Source: Verrucomicrobiota bacterium (GTDB lineage Bacteria; Chlamydiota; Chlamydiia; Chlamydiales; SM23-39). From it: a stretch of 64,000 bases of DNA. A program made the translations under genes and the position numbers. This document shows, piece after piece, positions 8,709-15,847 of this stretch. The stretch's first letter is position 1. The number at the start of each line of letters is the position of its first letter. Under the pieces are notes generated by a model. That model searched no databases, was not told the DNA's origin, and saw only the letters and a program-made list of their open reading frames with translations. The stretch spans positions 1,394 to 65,393 of the forward strand of contig JAGWKO010000002.1 of the NCBI GenBank assembly GCA_028873295.1, read 5' to 3'.

Positions 8709-9836
8709 TTAGAAATCGAAGCGAGCTTCTGCTGTCAAACCATGTACATACAGGTTACCGCTGTACTGAGGTTCAACCAGGTTGTATGTGAACATGTTTT
8801 GATCAAAGAACACTTGGAAACCGTAGGATGCGAGAAGATCCAGGTGCCAAGCATTGTTGTCAAAATAGGTGCCCCAGCCAAAGCCCATGTCTGATTGCAA
8901 GTGCGTTCTCAGAGTGCGGATTTTGCTTGTGTTGGTGTAGTTTTGTGTTACGAGAGCAAGAGTAAAGGCATCTTTAGCTTGCAGATGGTACTTGCTATAG
9001 AGAATGTCTGCATAGCCAGTTCCGAAGAATCGGATACCCATTCCAAGATCCCAATCCAACTCAACACCACCTCGAGGACCGATCTCCCAAGAGTGAACTC
9101 TTTGCACTTGGTTTACAGAATCGTTTGTGATAGCAACGTCAATAGTAAGTGCGTGAGCATCAGAAAAGGTGTTGTGCAGGCTTTCCATGATCCAAGCACC
9201 GCGTGCTCCATAAGCTGAGTGCATAACGAGGTTTTTGCCTACGTAATAAACTCTTTCAAGCATCAGGTCCACGAAGTTCAAATCGCAAGTAAAGTTGCTG
9301 GTGGTATTAGCGAATACAGATGTTTCTGAAGATCCATTTTTCAGGAACATAGCGTTTCCTGCTATCCCTGATGAGGATGTGCTGTGTGAGCCATAAAATC
9401 TGGTGTACTCAGCATATCCAACCCAGTTGTCATCTTGAAGGTTCATACCTGCAATTACTTGGAACCCAGGCTTATATTGGAAATTCATCTGCAGACTGTC
9501 AAGAGAAACAGTTGTTGCAGTAACAGATGCGCTAAGAGGACCTGTATAGTTGCTGAGGATTGTTGCGATAGGGAGGTTATCTTGCAGTGGCTGCCAGTAA
9601 ATAAAGCTGCCGCCTACAAAGAAGTCAATCTCTCCTTGCATGCCGATGTTGATCTCTGCAGGAGCGTTGTAAGCTGCTACGCAAGGCTGCATAGGAGCTT
9701 GAGTCATACCGCATTTTGCAGGTTTGCAAGCAGGTGTCGCTTTCTGACTCCCACAAGATTGGGTTTGGCCAAAAACAGATGTCGTTGCGAGCAGCGCAGC
9801 GATCATCCATGGTTTATGTTTCATCAATAGGTTCAT
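8709..9836 (-). CDS. Cysteine-rich outer-membrane beta-barrel protein (Legionella-MOMP/chlamydial OMP-like)
   Basis: Signal peptide 'MNLLMKHKPWMIAALLATTSVFG', then five Cys in about 35 aa. The protein is Gly/aromatic-rich with alternating beta-strand character and ends in C-terminal 'ARFDF'. The ATG at 9836 follows GGAG. Confidence 0.6.
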   Translation of the reverse strand: MNLLMKHKPWMIAALLATTSVFGQTQSCGSQKATPACKPAKCGMTQAPMQPCVAAYNAPAEINIGMQGEIDFFVGGSFIYWQPLQDNLPIATILSNYTGPLSASVTATTVSLDSLQMNFQYKPGFQVIAGMNLQDDNWVGYAEYTRFYGSHSTSSSGIAGNAMFLKNGSSETSVFANTTSNFTCDLNFVDLMLERVYYVGKNLVMHSAYGARGAWIMESLHNTFSDAHALTIDVAITNDSVNQVQRVHSWEIGPRGGVELDWDLGMGIRFFGTGYADILYSKYHLQAKDAFTLALVTQNYTNTSKIRTLRTHLQSDMGFGWGTYFDNNAWHLDLLASYGFQVFFDQNMFTYNLVEPQYSGNLYVHGLTAEARFDF

Positions 9837-9893
9837 TGTCTTGCTCTCCATTTTGGAACACATTTTTATCTAGACTCTCTCTTCATTGCTGTG

Positions 9894-9924
9894 ACGTGAT
9901 GGCATCGAAATGTTGCCATCACGT
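9894..9924. promoter_or_regulatory. Perfect palindrome/hairpin upstream of the OMP gene
   Basis: ACGTGATGGCA-N9-TGCCATCACGT, 58-88 nt upstream of the OMP start codon. Confidence 0.35.
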
Positions 9925-10346
9925 ACAGCAATTCATAGTCTTCCTCAATTTTTACTCTGCATGCGAGATTTTATCAATGAAAAATCTAAATGATGTGTTC
10001 GTGAGAGCTCTATCTCCTTGAAAGAAAAGAGAAAAGAGAATTTTATCACAATGTGAGATCGTAGAAAGTCATGAACAGTCCCACACTTTTTTGGTCGAAA
10101 ATGGAAGATTCTGTAGAAAATTGCACATTGCAATTCTCATACTCTTCTATTTCCTGAGGGAGCCTGCTGCCAAAGTAGATCGTAGGACAAGAGAGAAAGA
10201 AAGACTCGTCGAACATAAGACCCTCCTTTTTCTTTCGATTACACTGACAGTGAAAGAGAGTCAATATCTTTCTCTAACCCTAAAAATTGTTGTGGGATAG
10301 GTTCCTTGTTGACAGGGAGTAGCAGTTCCAAATATGAGAAGAGAAG

Positions 10347-10736
10347 ATGCGCTGGTTATTTTTTCTACTTCCGATTCTTGGATGGGCTGGATCAAACTCT
10401 GGATCCATCATGCTGCTCAACGACTCGAGTTTTATTCTTACAGCAACTGTGCAGGCAGCAGATGGAACTTATTTGGCGCAATTTACCATTCAGCCAGGAC
10501 AGCAGCAGACCTTTACGACCAACTTATGGAACACGCAATACACTCATCCGGGAACGCCGCCTGTTTCGCTTACTCCCTATACTGTGATCTGGCAGTGTGC
10601 TTCGGAGGAGTACTATGGGGTCTGCTCACAAGTCTCTCCTGGTTCCCTGTGTACGCCGAGTCAGTGTCCAGGAAACCATTTTTGCAAGCCAAAATCGGGA
10701 GGGCATCCCGCTTCCAGCATAGAAGAGAAGGATTAA
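10347..10736 (+). CDS. Small secreted Cys-containing hypothetical protein
   Basis: Signal-like N-terminus 'MRWLFFLLPILGWAGS'. Preferred over the two overlapping alternative-frame ORFs (10306..10587, 10334..10846) because of the signal peptide and non-repetitive composition. Confidence 0.45.
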   Translation: MRWLFFLLPILGWAGSNSGSIMLLNDSSFILTATVQAADGTYLAQFTIQPGQQQTFTTNLWNTQYTHPGTPPVSLTPYTVIWQCASEEYYGVCSQVSPGSLCTPSQCPGNHFCKPKSGGHPASSIEEKD

Positions 10737-10739
10737 TTC

Positions 10740-12023
10740 CTAATCTTCAGGATCAATTGGCTTTCCTTTTCCATAGGAAACCTTGCGGAGAAATCCGCCC
10801 TCATCGTCATAGAGAGTCGCGAGGCCATTTCCATTTACAATGGTAGAAATAGGTTCTTTCTGATTCTTCTTGTAGTAGGCGCCCTTAAGGAGTTTTCCCT
10901 CCTCATATTCTTCGACAAGCATTAAGGAGCCGTTGCGATACCATGCGCAGGAAGGGCCGAGTTTTTCATTGCGGCAATATTCGCGCTGGCTCTGCAGCTG
11001 TCCATTGGGATACCAGGTCTTAACGATACCGTGAATCAGATCTTTATCCCATTGCACTGAAAGTTTGGGAAGCCTTTTTTTTTCTGTTGTTTCTGAAGGA
11101 AGGTAGTAATTGATCTCCTCGCCCTGTTTTTTGCTGTTCTTCAGGGAGTAGGTGGCGAGTAGATCCCCCTCCTGGCCAAACTGCTGCACTAACCCTTCTG
11201 CATTTCCCTGGTGTAGCTCTACCAGGTAGGTCGGATAGTTATTCTGGTAGATAGCCTGCTGTCCCCTGCCATCACGTACTTGAGAAATGAGATCGCCCTT
11301 TGCATTGTAATAACTTCCATGGAGAACTCTTCCCTCTGTGTACTCTTCTGACCAGGCCACGTCTCCATTTTCGAAATAGCCTGTCGACATTCCATTTTTT
11401 TGACCCTTGGCGTAAGACTGCTTGATGCGCACTACCCCAGTAGGGTAGTACTCAATGCCCTCGCCCTCTTCAAGAGAGTTGTGGTAGGGGATTTCTTTCT
11501 GGACTTGTCCCGATGGGTAATAGGCTATGCTGACTCCTTCGATGACCCCTTTTGTATAAGGAATGCGCGCAACGATGTTTCCCTGCTCATTCCACACTTG
11601 GCAGAGCTCGTCGAAAAGCCAATCCTTTTTTGCGCTTGGTGCAATATCGGCTGTCCCGCCGATTACTTTGCCTTCGATATGCATCTGGCCGTTTGAGAAC
11701 CATTCCCGAAACCAGCCACTTGCACGCATCCCCTCTGCTTCCAGGTATTGAGCAAGTCTTCCATTGGGATGATAGGCAGTAATAATTGCATGACTTTTTT
11801 CTTTACCTTTATAGACGCGCAGCACCTTCTTGTAAGGCTGGGAGGCAAGAAAATCTACGGCCTCATAATTTTGCAGTTTTTCCGGAATGCTGATGGTCTC
11901 TGTCATGCCGTTGCGGTCCTGAATATGGATTGCGACTAGTGCGTCAGCAGATTCGGAGTAGTGCATGCAGCCAGAGAGGCAGAAAAGGAGAAAAAAAAGA
12001 GGAAAAATCATGAATCGCTCCAT
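10740..12023 (-). CDS. MORN-repeat (MORN_2/YwqK-like) lipoprotein
   Basis: Lipobox 'LFCLSGC', then repeated units such as 'YYPSGQVQKEIPYHNSLEEGEGIEYYPTGVVRIKQSYAKGQKNGMSTGYFENG'. Confidence 0.8.
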   Translation of the reverse strand: MERFMIFPLFFLLFCLSGCMHYSESADALVAIHIQDRNGMTETISIPEKLQNYEAVDFLASQPYKKVLRVYKGKEKSHAIITAYHPNGRLAQYLEAEGMRASGWFREWFSNGQMHIEGKVIGGTADIAPSAKKDWLFDELCQVWNEQGNIVARIPYTKGVIEGVSIAYYPSGQVQKEIPYHNSLEEGEGIEYYPTGVVRIKQSYAKGQKNGMSTGYFENGDVAWSEEYTEGRVLHGSYYNAKGDLISQVRDGRGQQAIYQNNYPTYLVELHQGNAEGLVQQFGQEGDLLATYSLKNSKKQGEEINYYLPSETTEKKRLPKLSVQWDKDLIHGIVKTWYPNGQLQSQREYCRNEKLGPSCAWYRNGSLMLVEEYEEGKLLKGAYYKKNQKEPISTIVNGNGLATLYDDEGGFLRKVSYGKGKPIDPED

Positions 12024-12646
12024 TCTCTTTTCAAAAGAGTCGTTAGCAGTTCGTAATGGCAGTTATGAAAAGGAGTGTCTACTTTTTGGATCTGAAAGTT
12101 AAGAAAAATGAGCTGTGGGCTTTTAGCGAGGGGAAGATGAGATTCAATGGGAAGATGCTCTACAAGAGAGCAAAACCGCATTAAATCATCCTCATCTACT
12201 TCAACGGGATTGCGCTGTCTTTCCACTGTTTCTTTTATTTTTTCAGAGGAAAAAAAACTCTCTTCAGAAAAAGAAAAGTAGTTTTTATTTAAAAAAGAGA
12301 GTCGCTCCTGCAAACTCTCTTTGTCCGAGAGAGCAGGGTGTTTTAGAAGAGACTCAATCTGCGAGCGCTCTTTTTCTAAAAGTGAAAGAGATTCAATAGA
12401 ATGATTCAGGAAATAGGGATCTGCTCCTGCAAAGAGACGAGTAAGACGCATAGCTCGCTCTTTTTTCTCTATTACAGCGGGGGCTTTTAGTGTTGCATGA
12501 ACAAAAGCTTCTTCCAGGTCAGAGAGCTCTTTGTGGTGTGTGTAAAGGTAAAAGCTGCTCAAAAAAAGAGGCAAAGGAAGAAGTAGATAGAAGAAAAGAG
12601 GAGAGAGGCGGGAGAAGAGGAGTTTTCCTAGGAGCTCAAGGTACAT
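12008..12646 (-). CDS. Bitopic membrane protein (PilO/GspM-like architecture only)
   Basis: The ATG at 12646 overlaps the upstream gene's stop. There is a single N-terminal hydrophobic segment, 'LSPLFFYLLLPLPLFLSSFYLY', followed by a soluble domain. No motif was recognised. Confidence 0.4.
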   Translation of the reverse strand: MYLELLGKLLFSRLSPLFFYLLLPLPLFLSSFYLYTHHKELSDLEEAFVHATLKAPAVIEKKERAMRLTRLFAGADPYFLNHSIESLSLLEKERSQIESLLKHPALSDKESLQERLSFLNKNYFSFSEESFFSSEKIKETVERQRNPVEVDEDDLMRFCSLVEHLPIESHLPLAKSPQLIFLNFQIQKVDTPFHNCHYELLTTLLKREWSDS

Positions 12647-14159
12647 GGGGAGTCCTATAGTTTTGAAGAGAAAAGGAGACGTGATAAGTATCATCCGTCG
12701 CTGTTTCCCATTCAAGTTCTGAGGAGAGATCGATCATCGACTCTTCCTTGAGCAGTGCTTCATGAAATTTGCGTGCGTACATATTATTGGAAGCAGAAAA
12801 ATTGATTTCTACCTTTGCCAAATAAGCCGCAGAGAGATCATCCATTTTGGGGCATTCTTCCATCTGGTAGTTCAGGGAAAGGATTTCGAAAGGTTCGCCC
12901 TCTTTTTTAGCTTCAAGAAAAACAGGATGATTGCAGAGCCAGCAAAAAAATTCTGTCACTTTGGGTGCGCGGACAATATAGGGGGACTCTGAATGTGCGG
13001 AAGAAAATTTTGCAATCCAGCGCTGGGGAGTAACGGGGCCGCTACGGAAGAGCTCTTGTTGAATGGCAGGGTCCAAGCGCGCGTTTTGACGCGCTGTCTC
13101 CAGGGTCAGTTTGTCCAGGCGCTCTTTCAACAAAAGATGGCCATAGGAGAGAAGTGCTGCGGTGCAAAGTAGGGAAGTAAGCAAAAGAAAGATGCTGATC
13201 AGCCCTGCCTTTCTCCAATTTTTTTTAGGGAAGAACTCCTCTCTTCTCAGTTGAAGCGGTTGCTCCATTTGTTGTAAGGCAAGGCCAATTGCAATGGCAA
13301 AGGGCTCTTCTTCAGGTGCAGGAGCAAAGAGAGGATGCTGATTGACGATGATCTCTTGACAGGGGAAAGAGAGAAACTCACGGATGCGGCCAAAAGAATC
13401 AATAAGGCCCGTAAAGAGCAGCGGACGCTCTCCACTGGCGCGATGAAAGGAAAAGAGGGTCTTTGCAAGTTCCTGACGTAAAAGATGGAGCTGTTGATTG
13501 AGTTTGGGATTGAGGTTTGTTTTGAGTTGCAAAAGATCGATCTGTTTTGCAACGGATTCCAGTTCTTGGGCAGGGAGATTTTTTTTTCTATCTTCCTGAA
13601 GAGCTGAGAGGAGAAGCTGGATGCCCCCCGGGATGCAGTAGGATTTTTGGAGCTCTCCTTTTTCCATCCAAATGCCAGTCCACTCTTTTGAGCCCAAATG
13701 CACGATGAAGGCGTCTTTTAAGGGGGGTATTTTCCAGCGCACATAGTGCAAGAGGGCAAGATCGTTACAGGAAACGACATCGGGATCTATCTTGTAGGTT
13801 TTTAAATGATCCAAATGCAGATGTAGCGCTTTTCGAGAAAGTGTGCACAGATAAGCGCGCGTCTCCTTTTTGTCTCTTTGCTTTACATAGTGGACGGAGA
13901 GAAACTCGTCTTCTGGCAAAAGAGGATCATTTTCTGCTTGAAACGCAAGAGCTTGATGAAGGTGGCGTCGCTTGACTGCTTTGAGAGTTACTGGACGGAC
14001 GAGCAGGTCTTCAGAAGAGAGCCCTGACACAACTCTTCCTGAGATGAAAGGGCTCATTTCTTCCAAAGACCCGCAGCGGACAAGAAGAGGCGTCCCCGCT
14101 CTTTTCTGCACCAAAGCGACTCGCTGGAAGGGAATATCGACGTGGATGCCAAGGCTCAT
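12636..14159 (-). CDS. PilM/GspL-like assembly-platform protein (actin-like N-domain, TM, periplasmic domain)
   Basis: The N-terminus 'LGIHVDIPFQRVALVQK...' and 'LSRKALHLHLDHLKTYKIDPDVVSCNDLALLHY' resemble PilM. A central TM segment, 'GLISIFLLLTSLLCTAALLSYGHLLL', is followed by a C-terminal domain. Confidence 0.5.
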   Translation of the reverse strand: MSLGIHVDIPFQRVALVQKRAGTPLLVRCGSLEEMSPFISGRVVSGLSSEDLLVRPVTLKAVKRRHLHQALAFQAENDPLLPEDEFLSVHYVKQRDKKETRAYLCTLSRKALHLHLDHLKTYKIDPDVVSCNDLALLHYVRWKIPPLKDAFIVHLGSKEWTGIWMEKGELQKSYCIPGGIQLLLSALQEDRKKNLPAQELESVAKQIDLLQLKTNLNPKLNQQLHLLRQELAKTLFSFHRASGERPLLFTGLIDSFGRIREFLSFPCQEIIVNQHPLFAPAPEEEPFAIAIGLALQQMEQPLQLRREEFFPKKNWRKAGLISIFLLLTSLLCTAALLSYGHLLLKERLDKLTLETARQNARLDPAIQQELFRSGPVTPQRWIAKFSSAHSESPYIVRAPKVTEFFCWLCNHPVFLEAKKEGEPFEILSLNYQMEECPKMDDLSAAYLAKVEINFSASNNMYARKFHEALLKEESMIDLSSELEWETATDDTYHVSFSLQNYRTPHVP

Positions 14160-15817
14160 TGTTGCGGAGAAACAGTGATCAGGAATTCTCTTTTGCGGAA
14201 GAAGAGAAAATTCCCCTTATTCTCTTCTTCGCTGCACTTTACTTTATAAATAGGCAGAGAGAGCGTTGCGAATGTGGCAAGAAGTTCCGGATCGTCTTTG
14301 TCTTTGCAAAAGAAAAGAAGCGGACGCTCTCCTCGCGAAAGCAACTTGTGGATTCTCTCTTGGATCACCCCGGGATCGGAAGGGAGAATAGAGAAGGAGG
14401 AAATCCAACCATTGAACCAGGGGAAGCGGGCCAGATAGTGATTGAGAAAGAGCAGGTGTAGTTTTGGAATGAAGCCGAAGAGAAGCAGGCAGGGCCACCA
14501 TGAAGAGCCCTCAAAAAGCAAAAGAGAAGAGCCTTCTGGAAGCGGTGTGGATATGCGCAGTGATTGCCATTTGTGCAGGATGCGATTTACGAGAAAGGGA
14601 AGGAAAAAAACGGATAAGTTCCCCATGAGAAAAAGGCTTACAACAAGAGTGATTGCTCCCATTAAGCCAAATCCTGATGCAGCAGAGAATCCCCATTCAT
14701 CGCTGAAGAGATAGATTGCAAAAGCAGCGAGCAATACGCCAAAAAAACTGAAAAAATTTGCAGCAGCGATGGCTTGTCCCCGCATGTGATTTGAACTTGC
14801 TGTTTGAATGAAGGAATCAAAGGGGATCAGAAAACAGCCTCCGGAAATCCCTAGGAGTATAAGGGTTATGATTACTATTGTCAAAGAGGAGGAGGCGGCG
14901 AGAAGAAAAAGAAGAAGGGCGAGACAGAGTCCGGTGGCAGCAGAGAGGCCTGGTTCAACGCGTTCTTTGGAGATGCGGCCTGCAAAGCGCGCGCCGAGTG
15001 CGATGCCGATAGCTGCAGCGAGGAAAAGATATCCCCCCCCCACTTCACTCAAGTGGAGCGCTTGCATGCCGAAGGGAATGATATTGAGTTGTAGAAAAGA
15101 GCCAAGGAAGAGGAAGAAGGAGGAGCCGAACATAGCTATCACGAGATGAGGCGTTGATAGACTAAATCGTACGGTTTTGTAGATCTCATAGAAAAAGAGA
15201 GGATTGATTTTTGTTTCAGATCGCCCTGCCTCAGTGCGTTTGATCCCTAAACTTGTTGCAAGGCCAGCCGCTGCAATGAGAACGCAAAAGCTGGAGGCCA
15301 AGCCAAAATTTTTATTTGTAATATCTGTGAGGAAGGCAGCGAAAAATGTACCGAGGATGATGGCGAGATAGGTCATTGAGGTAATGGAACTATTGGCTCT
15401 GGAGATCATTTTGTGTTCGACAAGTTCTGGAATGATCCCATACTTGGAGGGGCCGAAGATGGCACTTTGCATTGCCATGAGAAAAAGGGCAAAATAGCAG
15501 CCGAAGGGCCACGCAAGAGAGATGGCGAAGAGACCAAAGAGCATGGCTACAAGCTCAAAAACTCTTGTGAGAACGATGATTTTTGTTTTGCTGATGCGGT
15601 CGGCAAGCACTCCAGCTGCTGAAGAAAAAAGCAGGAAGGGAATAACATAGATAGCACCTGCCAAAGAGAGAATTTTTGCAGAGGCTGCATCGCCCTGCAC
15701 ATTGATTAGCAGGTAAATGACAAGAAATTTGAAGACGTTATCATTCATTGCGCCGAGAAATTGCGTTGCATTGAGAAAATGCAGGGAGCGGATATCCTGA
15801 TGAGCAAACCAGCGCAT
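14156..15817 (-). CDS. MFS lysophospholipid-transporter (LplT)-like protein with a C-terminal degenerate acyltransferase-like domain
   Basis: 'NATQFLGAMNDNVFKFLVIYLL...FSSAAGVLADRISKTKIIV' is typical of LplT-type MFS proteins. It has about 12 hydrophobic segments and a roughly 150-aa soluble tail. Confidence 0.75.
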   Translation of the reverse strand: MRWFAHQDIRSLHFLNATQFLGAMNDNVFKFLVIYLLINVQGDAASAKILSLAGAIYVIPFLLFSSAAGVLADRISKTKIIVLTRVFELVAMLFGLFAISLAWPFGCYFALFLMAMQSAIFGPSKYGIIPELVEHKMISRANSSITSMTYLAIILGTFFAAFLTDITNKNFGLASSFCVLIAAAGLATSLGIKRTEAGRSETKINPLFFYEIYKTVRFSLSTPHLVIAMFGSSFFLFLGSFLQLNIIPFGMQALHLSEVGGGYLFLAAAIGIALGARFAGRISKERVEPGLSAATGLCLALLLFLLAASSSLTIVIITLILLGISGGCFLIPFDSFIQTASSNHMRGQAIAAANFFSFFGVLLAAFAIYLFSDEWGFSAASGFGLMGAITLVVSLFLMGNLSVFFLPFLVNRILHKWQSLRISTPLPEGSSLLLFEGSSWWPCLLLFGFIPKLHLLFLNHYLARFPWFNGWISSFSILPSDPGVIQERIHKLLSRGERPLLFFCKDKDDPELLATFATLSLPIYKVKCSEEENKGNFLFFRKREFLITVSPQQ

Positions 15818-15847
15818 ATTGGCAGTATAGCATAGTACAATAGGGAA

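Noticed and set aside
10309-10338. TTGACA-N17/18-TATGAG as the promoter for the 10347 CDS.
   Set aside because: It would place the TSS virtually on the start codon (leaderless), the -10 is poor, and I cannot support it further.
10306-10846. Alternative-frame ORFs 10306..10587 and 10334..10846.
   Set aside because: They overlap the frame that carries a signal peptide (10347..10736), and the longer one also runs antisense into the MORN lipoprotein gene.
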